From Candidatus Aenigmatarchaeota archaeon (GTDB lineage: Archaea > Aenigmatarchaeota > Aenigmatarchaeia > CG10238-14): a stretch of 29,875 bases of DNA. The stretch spans positions 1 through 29,875 of the forward strand of contig JAWBZR010000006.1 in assembly GCA_044343545.1 (NCBI GenBank), in the 5' to 3' direction. Position numbers and translations under genes: made by a program. Each line of letters opens with the position of its first letter. The first letter of the stretch is position 1. This document shows, one piece after another, positions 6,472 through 16,709 of this stretch. The notes beneath the pieces are model-generated. The model ran no database searches. It had not been told where the DNA came from and worked only from the letters and a program-made list of their open reading frames with translations.

Positions 6472-7617
6472 ATCCTCTGCTGTAAGTATTTTTGTTTTGC
6501 TTGTTTCAAATTTTTTTTCTGCTGAAGATGCTATTAAATATTCCACTCCCAACTTATCTGCTACTTCTGCCATTTCTTTATCAATCGTTCCGTCTATTAA
6601 CACTATTTTTGCATTCTTCAAAGTCTCGTTATTTTCTGAAAACTGTGTTAAAGGTAATTTTGCTGTCATCTTTAGCTTTTCATTAAAAACATACGCCGCT
6701 CTCGTTCCAACCATCTTATCGAGTATGTCTAATATTTTTTTCTTCTTTTCCGAATCCAAATCATCTCTTGACTCTTGAACGATCAATTTTTTTTGCCTCT
6801 TTTTTCTTATCGCTTCTACAAAAGGTAATTTTTGCCTCAAGCAAATGAATATCTCCTTATCAGCTAGCTCTTCCACTTCTTTCCCATCAGGTGCTCTTGC
6901 TACGTAATCTATCTTAACAAACCTTGAAAGTTTTTTGAGAACTAAATTGCCTCCTCTGTCCCCATCTAAAAACACCGTTACTTTCTTGTTTTTCACCAAC
7001 TCAGGTAGATATTTTGATATAGCAGTTCCGCCTATGGAAGCAACGTTCTTTATGCCTGCTTTTAACAGATTGATTACATCCGCCCTGCCTTCGACTAGAA
7101 TTATTTCTTCCGCGTTCATAGCATCGGGACCGCAATCTATGTCTTTGTATTTAACTATTTCTGATGACCTTACAGAATCTCTTATAGCTTCTGCCAATTC
7201 ATCCGCATCTGGCTGTTCTTTCATGAGTTTTTGAAGTATTTCCTTTGCCCTGTCGATAATATACTCTCTCTTGATCTCCCTCATATCTTTTACATCTTGA
7301 AGTGTTACCTTTGCCTCACAAGGTCCTATCCTTTCTATAGTTTCTATTGCCGCTGCTATTAATGCCGTTTCCGTGCTATCCAAGCTCGACGGAATATAAA
7401 TTTTCCCTTCTGTTTTTCCGTCAATTTCCTTTAGCTCGACGTCTATCCTCCCTATTCTCCCGGTTTTTTGTAATTCCCTCAAATCCAAATCACTACCAAG
7501 CAAACCTTCAGTTTGCCCAAAAATAGCACCTATGACGTCAGGTTTTTCCACCAAACCTTCGGCAACGAAGCTTGCCTCTATCAAATATTTTGTGGTTGTT
7601 TGAGCTATTTTCCCCAT
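6454..7617 (-). CDS. dnaG: Archaeal DnaG (TOPRIM, exosome-associated)
   Basis: VEKPDVIGAIFGQTEGLLG..LDLRELQKTGRIGRI, VEGRADV, FLDGDRGG, APDGKEVEEL; ATG 7617 follows a GGGGTGA SD. Confidence 0.95.
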   Translation of the reverse strand: MGKIAQTTTKYLIEASFVAEGLVEKPDVIGAIFGQTEGLLGSDLDLRELQKTGRIGRIDVELKEIDGKTEGKIYIPSSLDSTETALIAAAIETIERIGPCEAKVTLQDVKDMREIKREYIIDRAKEILQKLMKEQPDADELAEAIRDSVRSSEIVKYKDIDCGPDAMNAEEIILVEGRADVINLLKAGIKNVASIGGTAISKYLPELVKNKKVTVFLDGDRGGNLVLKKLSRFVKIDYVARAPDGKEVEELADKEIFICLRQKLPFVEAIRKKRQKKLIVQESRDDLDSEKKKKILDILDKMVGTRAAYVFNEKLKMTAKLPLTQFSENNETLKNAKIVLIDGTIDKEMAEVADKLGVEYLIASSAEKKFETSKTKILTAEDLSQDA

Positions 7618-7960
7618 AGTAAATATCACCCCTTTTGTTCAACTCTTCTATTTTCACCACCCTAAAAATCTTTTTAAATTCCCTTCTTAATGCATGGTTG
7701 TACTTTATTCTTTCCACCTCAAAAAATCTATATATCTTTTTCTTTATCAGTTCTCCTTCACGATCAAAGTCTGTTAAAACCACGTATTCTTTATCATACT
7801 TCAACTTTGGAATAAATTTTTCCAAGGATGATCCTGAAATGGCTTGTATATCATGTAGCTCCAAAGCTTGCAGAGCTTCTTTATCTTTCTTACCTTCGAC
7901 TATTATTGAAAAATTCTGTAATTTTGATAGTAATTTTCGGTAATCGTGATGTTCTAACAT
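7538..7960 (-). CDS. Small stand-alone TOPRIM domain protein
   Basis: IIVEGKKDKEAL and VLTDFDREGE motifs. Confidence 0.85.
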   Translation of the reverse strand: MLEHHDYRKLLSKLQNFSIIVEGKKDKEALQALELHDIQAISGSSLEKFIPKLKYDKEYVVLTDFDREGELIKKKIYRFFEVERIKYNHALRREFKKIFRVVKIEELNKRGDIYYGENSSNNHKIFDRGKLRCRRFGGKT

Positions 7961-8146
7961 CACTAACTCTATTTTTTAGAAGAACTATTTAAATTTTTCT
8001 CTTGCTTAAACAATTTTTAAATCACAAAAAATAACCTTAGAATCATTAGAAATCTTTAATTTCTTGGTGCTTTAAAATAAAATATGAATCAAAATATCGA
8101 ATTGCTTACATAAAAAATTAAGAAAATTTCAACAATTAACTAGTTT

Positions 8147-8641
8147 TCACAAAAGTTCACCCAAACATCGAAGATATGTATCAATTTCTCTGTTCTTCCA
8201 AGCATTATTTATTACTCCTAATTTATCTTCAATTACAGCTGCCTGGTCAAGGAGACCACGATGAATATGTGCTGCAGCTACAGGAGCTTTTTCTAATAAA
8301 GGACCTATTTTATTCAAAACATCCATTAGTTGATTTAAATAATAAAAAGCGAGGGGTATATCTAGAAGTGACAAGGCTTCTCTTAAATTTTTCCTAAAAC
8401 CACCCTCAACATAAGCTCCAATATATTTAATCACTACTTCTAAATCTTCAATACTGAGACTATATCCACCACTAGACAATAAATCACATAACCTAACTGC
8501 GGGCGTAAGATCGTCAGCTGTTGATGTTCTCATATGAGTTACTAATTGCCCTATAGTCGGATATAGTCGATTGTTTGTAACTCCGTTTCTTTGTCTGGCT
8601 GATAAAATTCTACTTACCCATGGATCGTAAGTTGATGACAT
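8147..8641 (-). CDS. Hypothetical helical protein
   Basis: 164-aa ORF with ATG start, flanked by AT-rich intergenic regions; no motif recognised. Confidence 0.55.
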   Translation of the reverse strand: MSSTYDPWVSRILSARQRNGVTNNRLYPTIGQLVTHMRTSTADDLTPAVRLCDLLSSGGYSLSIEDLEVVIKYIGAYVEGGFRKNLREALSLLDIPLAFYYLNQLMDVLNKIGPLLEKAPVAAAHIHRGLLDQAAVIEDKLGVINNAWKNREIDTYLRCLGELL

Positions 8642-8782
8642 AAAAAAGTTTTTGGATTTACTTATATTTAAATTTTACTACTTTTTAGTAAATATATATA
8701 TTTCAACTCAAGCAATTTTAAACACAAAAACAAAAATCTTAATAGTGTCAAATTTAAATTTCTATCAATTAGGGGTTTAAAT

Positions 8783-9391
8783 ATGGAAATCTTACTGAAA
8801 TTGGCTGAGAAGATAGAAAATAAAGAGTTAAGAAAAAAAGTAATCGAATACGTGAACGATAAAAAGCTTAAAAACCCTCACTTTTCAAAATACAAAAGAG
8901 AAGATTTGGAAAAAGCTGGAAGCTATTTTTCTGTTGGAAATTCACATTTTGGTCCTATCGAAAGAGACGTCGTGCACCATACAGCCGTGTTAACGCACAT
9001 GGTTATACAAATAGCCAAGATTGTCGAATCTGGTTATGGAATAAAAATCGATATGGATAGTTTAATAGCAGCTTCCATATGTCATGACATAATGAAATCC
9101 GTGGAATATAACAGAGATGAAAACAACGAATTAGAGCCAACGGGTGTAAGCTTGGATCATACGATGTTGGGTGTCGCTGAGCTTTATGCAAGAGAATTTC
9201 CTGAAGACGTGATACATATAGTTGCATCCCATGCTGGCGAAGCTGGAACTACGAAACCCAAATCTTTCGAAGCTTTAATATTTCATGAATTAGACTCGCT
9301 AGCTTCCGTGATAGAATATTATGCTATCGTTTATTCTAAATTGAAAGAAAAAATGAAAGCTTTCGAAAAGGAGAAAGAAGATAATGAATGA
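8783..9391 (+). CDS. HD-domain phosphohydrolase
   Basis: VHHT, ICHDIMK, LDHT, VASHAG, FHELD metal-binding residues. Confidence 0.85.
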   Translation: MEILLKLAEKIENKELRKKVIEYVNDKKLKNPHFSKYKREDLEKAGSYFSVGNSHFGPIERDVVHHTAVLTHMVIQIAKIVESGYGIKIDMDSLIAASICHDIMKSVEYNRDENNELEPTGVSLDHTMLGVAELYAREFPEDVIHIVASHAGEAGTTKPKSFEALIFHELDSLASVIEYYAIVYSKLKEKMKAFEKEKEDNE

Positions 9392-10511
9392 TTTTAAAAA
9401 TTTGGATGATGTGATTTCATTTTTAAAAAAGAGTTTAGAAAATGTGAAAAGTGGCGATAATGTCTGTATTATTCATCATGACGATGCTGACGGATGCACA
9501 TCAGCAGCTATGCTATCCATACTTTTATTCAAAAACATGAGCCAATTTCCTGAAACAATACCTATGAAGGCTCCTGCCAATGTTTCCAAAAATTTCATAA
9601 ACAAATTAAAAAGCATGAACCCGGACCATATATTTACATTAGACGTAAGCATAGATCCAAAAAAATTAGCACTATTTAATGGCTTTATCTTGGATCATCA
9701 CATACAAAATTTTCAAGACAAAGGAAATATTAATTATATTAATCCTAGATGCTTCGAGAAAATTGATGAAAAAGTTCCACCCACGTCTTTTATAATTTAC
9801 AAAGTTTTCAAGTTATTTTATCCGAACGAAAAGATTTCTTGGATAGCTGGTATAGGAATAACGGAAGATCACAGAGTTGAATTATGTAAAGAAGTTTTTT
9901 ATCAAGTAATGAAAGATTATCCAAATTTTTTCAGCGCGAATGAAATAACACAAGAAAGCATTGAAAGGTCTATTTTTGGAAAGTTGTGGGATGTCGTGAG
10001 ATCTGGTAGAATGATAAAGAAAAATGAAGGTGCGAGAATTGCCGTTCAAGCGTTGATAGAATGTAAAGATGATCCGATTAGCTTTTCAAAAGGCTTGACT
10101 CCAAATTCTTACACTTTAATAAAATTTTATGAAATTGTAAACAAAACTGTTAAGAGGATATTGGACGATGCTCCGAAAAAAGCAAGATTTTATTATGACA
10201 AGAAGATTTTGATTTACGAGCTGCCGTCCAGTAAGATAGAATCTTTGACTTCTTTCGTGTCTGATAAATTGAGAATAATGTATCCCGAGTGGGTTGTTTG
10301 CGTTATAAGTAATGGCTCTGATGACAAAAATTTGAAACTGAGTATAAGGGTTGAACATACCAGAAGGGACGTAAATCTTGCAGAAATAGTAGACAAACTA
10401 AAAAAAGACTTTCATGAATTAAAAGGAGGGGGGCATAAATCCGCTGTTGGAGTAAATATAAAAAAAGAATATCTTGAAAGTTTTTTAAAGAAATTTATCG
10501 ACTCTTTTTAG
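9384..10511 (+). CDS. DHH/DHHA1 phosphoesterase (RecJ/GAN-like)
   Basis: HHDDADG, TLD, LDHH, SIR, GGGHKSAVG. Confidence 0.88.
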   Translation: MNDFKNLDDVISFLKKSLENVKSGDNVCIIHHDDADGCTSAAMLSILLFKNMSQFPETIPMKAPANVSKNFINKLKSMNPDHIFTLDVSIDPKKLALFNGFILDHHIQNFQDKGNINYINPRCFEKIDEKVPPTSFIIYKVFKLFYPNEKISWIAGIGITEDHRVELCKEVFYQVMKDYPNFFSANEITQESIERSIFGKLWDVVRSGRMIKKNEGARIAVQALIECKDDPISFSKGLTPNSYTLIKFYEIVNKTVKRILDDAPKKARFYYDKKILIYELPSSKIESLTSFVSDKLRIMYPEWVVCVISNGSDDKNLKLSIRVEHTRRDVNLAEIVDKLKKDFHELKGGGHKSAVGVNIKKEYLESFLKKFIDSF

Positions 10512-10614
10512 TCTAAAAAGGATGGAAATTTCTTTTTTGGCATTTTCAAAAAAACCTTACTGCTCGGAAAGGTAGGTATATATTTAATTTATAAGTTTAT
10601 CTTAGGTGATAAAA

Positions 10615-10818
10615 ATGAAATGCACAAGGTGTCATTCGCCAAGAATTGTTACATTTATTGATTTTTTTGGAAACAAAAGGGCATTTTGCAGATCTTGTCA
10701 TGAATCGATGCTACTACATAAAGTTATTGTAACTCAGAAAAAGATAGCCGAATTTGCAGAATATTATAGAGGTGGTTGGTTTGAAGAGTTTAATGTTTCA
10801 GGAAAAATGTCTGTTTGA
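10615..10818 (+). CDS. Small CxxC...CxxC zinc-ribbon protein
   Basis: MKCTRCHSP...FCRSCH; GGTGA SD before ATG 10615. Confidence 0.65.
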   Translation: MKCTRCHSPRIVTFIDFFGNKRAFCRSCHESMLLHKVIVTQKKIAEFAEYYRGGWFEEFNVSGKMSV

Positions 10819-10889
10819 AGATAGAGGTGTACTAAGACTAAAAACTGTATTTATAAAAAATGACAGAATATTTGGTTCCATAAAACCTT

Positions 10890-11555
10890 TTAATTTTTTT
10901 TCTGGAGAACGAAAAAACCATGGTCCTTTTCAAAGGGATCTAGGACCACAAAATCCTCTACTGTAAATTTTTTTTCAAGCTTCTCCCTCTCCTCCTTATA
11001 AACAATTTTTGGGTTTTTAGTAACATCAATGCTTCTTGATTTGATAGCAATCATGGCAAAACCTTTATCTTTCAAAAAAAGCTCGCAATTTCTTATCAAA
11101 ACTTCTGACATATCTGGAATTGCAACGTCTGCATAAACAACGTCCACTTCCTCTATCCACCAATATTCTTCGGGTTTTCTTGCATCGGCCAAAATGGGAA
11201 CTATATTTTTTCTTTCAGCGGCTAAAGGCAACAACTCTCTTAAAACCCTTTCCGAAACTTCTATTCCATATATTATACCATTTTTTCCTACAATATCACT
11301 AAAATGGCTTGAAGTTGTTCCTGTTGCAATGCCCAAATAAAGAATTTTCTGATTTTTCTTTAAAGGAAACATTCTCAAACCTTTGTAAATTGCTGCGGCT
11401 GGTTTGGATCTTTCCGGATTCCAAATTCTGAATTCCTTGCCGCCTTTTTTCACTAACTTTTCTCCATAAACTGACTTGCCTGGTATCAAATTTTCAGTGG
11501 CTATTTTTCCATTTATCCAATAAATGCCTTCTGCTTTTAATTTTTCTTTCGCCAT
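10890..11555 (-). CDS. flpA: Fibrillarin, box C/D rRNA/tRNA 2'-O-methyltransferase
   Basis: VYGEK, FRIWNPERSK, LYLGIATGTTSSHFSDIVG, IKSRSIDVT, LDPFEKDH. Confidence 0.96.
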   Translation of the reverse strand: MAKEKLKAEGIYWINGKIATENLIPGKSVYGEKLVKKGGKEFRIWNPERSKPAAAIYKGLRMFPLKKNQKILYLGIATGTTSSHFSDIVGKNGIIYGIEVSERVLRELLPLAAERKNIVPILADARKPEEYWWIEEVDVVYADVAIPDMSEVLIRNCELFLKDKGFAMIAIKSRSIDVTKNPKIVYKEEREKLEKKFTVEDFVVLDPFEKDHGFFVLQKKN

Positions 11556-11558
11556 TTC

Positions 11559-12611
11559 TTAGCCTCTTAATATTTTTTCTATTTTTTCTTTCAATTCTTT
11601 TTTCAAATCCTCAGACCTATCTTCCTCGCCATAATAATCCATTTTTATGGCTATACTTAACTTGGAAGACAATACTCTTGCTATTTTTCCCCTCTTAGAT
11701 GGAGGTGCTTGTTGAATGAAATGATGAGTGAACAAAACACCGTGTTTTGGTGACTTTCCATGACCATGCAAATATCTAAATAAAGCCTTCTCTGCACCTA
11801 AAAGTTGAATGGTAGAAGATGGTTTTTTCGCGAGTTTATCAAAACCTCCAGCTAAATTTATTAACCTGGCTGCTAGTAGAGGTCCTGCTATTGCAGAAAA
11901 GTTTGGAGCAAATTCCTTTAAAATTTTTTCCAAATATTTTTCCATATCTTCTTTCAATTTATACATCTCAAGAATAATCGAAGCGTATTGCTTTAAAATT
12001 TTTTCATCATGCTCGTCAATTTCGATGCCCATGCTTTCTCTCGCCATATCAACCAATTTCCCTTCTTTTATGTGATTTCTTGATCCGTAATTTGCCACAA
12101 GCTTAACAAACGTTTCATGTTTTTCTACACTTTGTTCCATCTCTGGAAAATGTAAACCATACCACTCTCTAAGCCTGGCAACATATATGTTGATTGATTT
12201 TTCTATCTCATCTATAGCATCTATCACTTCCATCGCTATTCTATCTTTCTTCAAGACGTTTTTTATTCTCAATTTTGACAAGTTTATACCTACTTGGACG
12301 AGAAATTCATTAAATTCTTCCTGAGAAAACTTATCTTCAGCATATTCTCTCAATTTTTTTCTAATTTCTCTCTCGACGCGGTTATTTTCTTCATAATTAA
12401 AATTTTCCGTTTTTTTGCTCAAAACAAAAACATCATAATTTTTTTGCTTTAACTTGTTTATCAGAGAAATTTCTTCATTTGTTATTCCAGTTTCGTTTAA
12501 CAAGAATGCTACGTGTTTAGGGTTTTTTGGCAAATCAACTTTATCTATTATTTTCCCTTCTTCGTCCAAGGCAAACACGTAAATTGGCGTCAACACGATG
12601 TAACATTTCAT
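11559..12611 (-). CDS. nop5: Nop5 (Nop56/58) box C/D RNP protein
   Basis: RLREWYGLHFPE, APNFSAIAGPLLAARL, PSSTIQLLGAEKALF, PKHG. Confidence 0.95.
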   Translation of the reverse strand: MKCYIVLTPIYVFALDEEGKIIDKVDLPKNPKHVAFLLNETGITNEEISLINKLKQKNYDVFVLSKKTENFNYEENNRVEREIRKKLREYAEDKFSQEEFNEFLVQVGINLSKLRIKNVLKKDRIAMEVIDAIDEIEKSINIYVARLREWYGLHFPEMEQSVEKHETFVKLVANYGSRNHIKEGKLVDMARESMGIEIDEHDEKILKQYASIILEMYKLKEDMEKYLEKILKEFAPNFSAIAGPLLAARLINLAGGFDKLAKKPSSTIQLLGAEKALFRYLHGHGKSPKHGVLFTHHFIQQAPPSKRGKIARVLSSKLSIAIKMDYYGEEDRSEDLKKELKEKIEKILRG

Positions 12612-12650
12612 TAATTAAAGTAAGAGAGATATGTTTAAATAACACTACTA

Positions 12651-13793
12651 TCAAAATATCCTCACTTCTTCATTCAATATTTTTTCAGTCAATTCGAAAA
12701 ATTTTTGTTTTTGAATATTTTCCATCAAAAATCTTTTGATAATATTGTCTTTCTTCTTTTCAGCTAAATATCTTACACCAACAAAAGGTTCGTCTATTGG
12801 TTTTCCTATTTTGGATACAAGAATAATTTCGTTTTCAACACCAACTTCTTCATACAGTTTTTTTGAAACTTCCATCGCCAACAAATTGTAAATTTTACCC
12901 ACGTGAGAAACAGGATTCTTTCCGGCAACTGCTTCCAAAGAAGTGAATCTAAATGGTGTAATTAATCCGTTACATCTATTTCCTCTTCCAACTTGACCAT
13001 CATCGCCGTTTTCCCAAGAAACACCACTCACCGTTAAATATATGTTTTCACCTTTATCAGCAGTATTTATTTCAAACTTTGCTTCAAATTTTGATTCCAG
13101 AATTTCTTTCAATTTGCTCTTTTTGTAATAATAATCTTCCACGCTATCAACGAATTCAGAAATAAATGCAGCAGCTACAGTTATGTTAAATTCACTTTCA
13201 TGCCTAACTCCCATAACTTTTATGTCTTCACCTAAAAATTGATGTTTCTTCTTAAAGTTTTTACTGTTCAAAAACTGTTCGACTTCGAGAACCATATTTT
13301 CAAGTTTTGTTAACGGATAAAAACCGACACCAAAAGATGTATCGTTCGCTAGCGGAATTTCACCTTTATTAAAACTTTGATATAAATTAACCAAATCTAC
13401 AGATCCTGGATGTATTTTTATTTTTATTTCTGGAGATAATTTTTCAGCATTTGAAATATTTTTAAGTATATATTCAAGTGTTGTGTCGTAAAGCAATTTT
13501 CTTACATCATCCATGTTTTTTATTATACTTGCTGTTCCCGCTACTATAATTTCGGGTGGCTGTATTATTTTGCCTCCACCAAAAACGGGTTGCGCTACGC
13601 CGCCAACGATTAAACCTTTATCCAAGTTGTGATGCAAAATAAAACCTTTTTCTTTGATATAAAATTTTGACAATTCTCTCGAAGCGGATTCACATATTCC
13701 ATCTATAACCGTATCAGGGTGACCTAAACCTTTTCTTTCTACAACTTCGATGGTATTGACTTTATTTCTAAATCTCTCCAAATAAATTTGCAT
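12651..13793 (-). CDS. mat: Archaeal-type S-adenosylmethionine synthetase
   Basis: EVVERKGLGHPD, LHHNLDK, ANDTSFGVG, GDDGQVGRGNR, GKNPVSHVGKIYN. Confidence 0.95.
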   Translation of the reverse strand: MQIYLERFRNKVNTIEVVERKGLGHPDTVIDGICESASRELSKFYIKEKGFILHHNLDKGLIVGGVAQPVFGGGKIIQPPEIIVAGTASIIKNMDDVRKLLYDTTLEYILKNISNAEKLSPEIKIKIHPGSVDLVNLYQSFNKGEIPLANDTSFGVGFYPLTKLENMVLEVEQFLNSKNFKKKHQFLGEDIKVMGVRHESEFNITVAAAFISEFVDSVEDYYYKKSKLKEILESKFEAKFEINTADKGENIYLTVSGVSWENGDDGQVGRGNRCNGLITPFRFTSLEAVAGKNPVSHVGKIYNLLAMEVSKKLYEEVGVENEIILVSKIGKPIDEPFVGVRYLAEKKKDNIIKRFLMENIQKQKFFELTEKILNEEVRIF

Positions 13794-13853
13794 GAAAAAA
13801 TATTGATTACAAAATATTTATTTATTGCAAAATAAATAATTAAAGAGATTCTT

Positions 13854-14021
13854 ATGCAAAAGAAATGTAGTAAATGTGGCAAGTCCATAAAGGAAGTTGG
13901 AAGGTTGGTAAGGGTTACCTGGCTGGGTTTTAGGGCACCTTTATGCAAAAATTGTAGAAATTCCTTGAAGATGGAGGTAAAGCAAAGTAGAAAAAATATA
14001 AAAAAGGTTAGAGTGAGATGA
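13854..14021 (+). CDS. 55-aa basic zinc-finger microprotein (not in the ORF track)
   Basis: MQKKCSKCGKSIKEVGRLVRVTWLGFRAPLCKNCRNSLKMEVKQSRKNIKKVRVR; stop overlaps the next ATG (ATGA 14018-14021). Confidence 0.7.
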   Translation: MQKKCSKCGKSIKEVGRLVRVTWLGFRAPLCKNCRNSLKMEVKQSRKNIKKVRVR

Positions 14022-14221
14022 AGTTCATAAATTTCATGCTGATAATGCTTGGAATAGTAGGTGCTTCGCTCATATTAATAAGCTTGCTGAATATATTTTT
14101 GTTTAAAACTCCCGAAAATTTGACATCATTGATTAGCTATCTCTCTTTCGCAACTGGAATTTTATATTTACTTTTCATTTTCCTAATTTTGAAAATTTCA
14201 AAAAAATCGAATGAATTCTAA
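14018..14221 (+). CDS. Small two-TM membrane protein
   Basis: Two hydrophobic segments; ATGA-coupled to the upstream ORF. Confidence 0.55.
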   Translation: MKFINFMLIMLGIVGASLILISLLNIFLFKTPENLTSLISYLSFATGILYLLFIFLILKISKKSNEF

Positions 14222-15210
14222 CAGAGAGGTATAGAATCTATACCTAATTTTTCTTTCACTGCATTAGATAAATCTTCTTTGAATCCGTGGAAAGTATAGA
14301 CAATTTCTGGATCAGATTGTTTCATGATTTTTAAGAGACCGTTAAAATCTGCGTGATCGCTTAATGGGAAAGCTTCGTCGAGACCTCTTTGTTGCTTATA
14401 GCTTTCTTTAATTGCCCAACCACTAAATGCAGCGATTTTTATCGGATTTTTAAATTTCAAGGACCTCAAAAAATTCACATACTTTATTGAATTTGGAAAA
14501 ATTGATATAAATTGTTGATTTTTAGTAATATCAGTTGCCTTTGAAAACGGAATGTAACTTTTTGTTTGAAAACCATAATTTTTACATATTTCGTTTATGT
14601 CAAATATTTCATCATAAATTATTATTGGTAAATCGAACGCTTCAACTATTTTAGATATTATTTGTGCTTTTCCAACAGGATAACCCAAAAGTGCTACAGA
14701 AAATTTGTTTTCTACTTGCTCTCTTATCCACTTGATACTATTTTCAATAATTTCAGAAATTGGTGGAAACTGATAATCTTCTCTTCCAAATGTTGCTTCC
14801 AAAATCATTATATCGCTTTTTGGAACGTCTGCGCCCTTCAAATTAAATCTGTGCTTGTCACAAATATCACCGCTATAGAATATTTTTTTGTTTTTGTATT
14901 CTATTAGCAAGGATGTTGAACCTACTATATGACCAGAATTTAATTGCTTCACTATCAAATTTCCTATATTAAAATAATCAAAAGTTATGTAATTTATCAT
15001 TTCTGAATTTGTTCTATATCTTATCAAATCTCTTGTTGCCGAAGATGATATTTTTGGCAAGACGCTATCAACATTCTTTATATGATCCAAATGAGCATGT
15101 GAAATGAAAACCAAATCCGAATTTTCATTTACCGAATCGAGAAATATATTTTTTCCATCTATTTTTATTCCAATTCCGCCATTACAAAATACCTTTAAAT
15201 CCATTTTCAT
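14218..15210 (-). CDS. Metallo-beta-lactamase/beta-CASP family nuclease
   Basis: SHAHLDH, SGHIVGS, YSGD, LEATFG, VGKAQ, LSDHADF. Confidence 0.88.
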   Translation of the reverse strand: MKMDLKVFCNGGIGIKIDGKNIFLDSVNENSDLVFISHAHLDHIKNVDSVLPKISSSATRDLIRYRTNSEMINYITFDYFNIGNLIVKQLNSGHIVGSTSLLIEYKNKKIFYSGDICDKHRFNLKGADVPKSDIMILEATFGREDYQFPPISEIIENSIKWIREQVENKFSVALLGYPVGKAQIISKIVEAFDLPIIIYDEIFDINEICKNYGFQTKSYIPFSKATDITKNQQFISIFPNSIKYVNFLRSLKFKNPIKIAAFSGWAIKESYKQQRGLDEAFPLSDHADFNGLLKIMKQSDPEIVYTFHGFKEDLSNAVKEKLGIDSIPLC

Positions 15211-15261
15211 TTTTTTGTCTTATTAAAAATTAAATGTTTTTAAAAACAAAAAACTATATTT

Positions 15262-15828
15262 TTGTGGGGTGATTATTTGCTAATACTATTAGCTATTTTA
15301 GTAATAGCTGCTGTGCTTATACCAATATTTTATATCAATCGAATAATCATACTGTCGAACAGAATAGATAACGCATGGTCTCAAATAGATGTTCAGCTCA
15401 AAAAAAGAGCCGATTTAGTACCAAACTTGGTAGAAACAGTGAAAGGTTATATGAAGCATGAAAAAAAAGCTATAGAAATGGTAACAAAAGCGAGAGAAGA
15501 AATGTTAAAAGCTGATGAAAATATAAAAGCAAGAGAAAAAGCAGAGGCAGAATTGAGCAAAGCTTTAAAAACGATATTTGCTCTTGCTGAAAATTATCCA
15601 AAACTAAAGGCAAGCGAGAATTTTAAAATGCTTCAAGAACAATTGGAATCGATCGAAAATAAAATAGCATATGCCAGACAATTTTACAACGACGCTGTTT
15701 TAGAATACAATAATTTGACGACTACCATACCGGGTAAATGGTTTGTAGGTTTATCTGGCAAGCAAAAAACAAGAGAATATTTCCAGATAGGAGAAGTAGA
15801 AAGAAGCCCGGTTAAGGTAGAATTTTGA
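15262..15828 (+). CDS. lemA: LemA family protein
   Basis: N-terminal TM, NAWSQIDVQLKKRADLVPNLVETVKGY, ENYPKLKA, ENKIAYARQFYN. Confidence 0.95.
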   Translation: MWGDYLLILLAILVIAAVLIPIFYINRIIILSNRIDNAWSQIDVQLKKRADLVPNLVETVKGYMKHEKKAIEMVTKAREEMLKADENIKAREKAEAELSKALKTIFALAENYPKLKASENFKMLQEQLESIENKIAYARQFYNDAVLEYNNLTTTIPGKWFVGLSGKQKTREYFQIGEVERSPVKVEF

Positions 15829-16706
15829 TGGGCAAAACAAGCTTCTATAAAGAAATAGAAAAAAATAAAATAAAATCATTGGTTTTGACTTTTGCGGTTT
15901 TTTTCTTCCTTTTATTAACTTTTTATATTATAAGTTTATTTTTCGACCCTATGAATAGAAGTATAATAATATTTTTTGGTGTTATAGTTACTTTTGCTTA
16001 CATTTTTTTAAACTGGAATTATGGAGATAAAATAATTCTCAAAACACTGAATGCAAAAGAAGCTAGCGGTGAAAAATACTTGCAGCTAAATAATGTTGTT
16101 GAAGAAATCTCCATAGCAGCGGGTATACCAAAACCAAAAGTTTATGTTATAGAAACTTCTGAAATGAACGCCTTTGCTACTGGTAAAAACCCTCAAAATA
16201 GTAGTATAGTTGTAACTACAGGCTTATTGGAAAAGTTAAAAAGAGATGAATTAGCCGGAGTGATAGGTCATGAAATTGCTCACATAGCAAACTATGACAT
16301 AAGATTTTCCATGTTAGTTGCAACGATGGTTGGTCTTGTTGTGATTTTGAGTGACATGTTTTTAAGAAGTTTAAAGTATTCTGATACAAGAAAAAAGAAC
16401 GGAATTTTGATAATAGTTGGTTTGTTATTCGCTTTGATAGCACCAGTTCTAGTTAGAATAATTCAGTTTGCCATTTCAAGAAAGAGAGAATATTTGGCTG
16501 ACGCGACAAGTGCAAAGTTAACTAGATATCCGGAAGGTTTGGCTAGTGCTTTGGAAAAAATTATGAAACACAACAAAGCAACTATGCACGTGAGTGAAGC
16601 TCTATCTCATTTGTTTTTTGTCGATCCAAACAGGAATTATCTTGATTATCTATTTTCAACACATCCTCCAATCGAAGATAGGATAAGGGTTTTGAGATCG
16701 ATGTAA
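15828..16706 (+). CDS. htpX: HtpX-like M48 zinc metalloprotease
   Basis: NAFATG, HEIAH, SRKREYLAD, FSTHPP; TM segments. Confidence 0.93.
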   Translation: MGKTSFYKEIEKNKIKSLVLTFAVFFFLLLTFYIISLFFDPMNRSIIIFFGVIVTFAYIFLNWNYGDKIILKTLNAKEASGEKYLQLNNVVEEISIAAGIPKPKVYVIETSEMNAFATGKNPQNSSIVVTTGLLEKLKRDELAGVIGHEIAHIANYDIRFSMLVATMVGLVVILSDMFLRSLKYSDTRKKNGILIIVGLLFALIAPVLVRIIQFAISRKREYLADATSAKLTRYPEGLASALEKIMKHNKATMHVSEALSHLFFVDPNRNYLDYLFSTHPPIEDRIRVLRSM

Positions 16707-16709
16707 GAT

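Noticed and set aside
10512..10889. Box C/D sRNA near fibrillarin/nop5
   Set aside because: No convincing RTGATGA and CTGA box pair in the intergenic stretches
13818..13839. Inverted repeat TTATTTATT-GCAA-AATAAATAA
   Set aside because: Low-complexity AT arms in a divergent promoter; likely chance or back-to-back TATA elements
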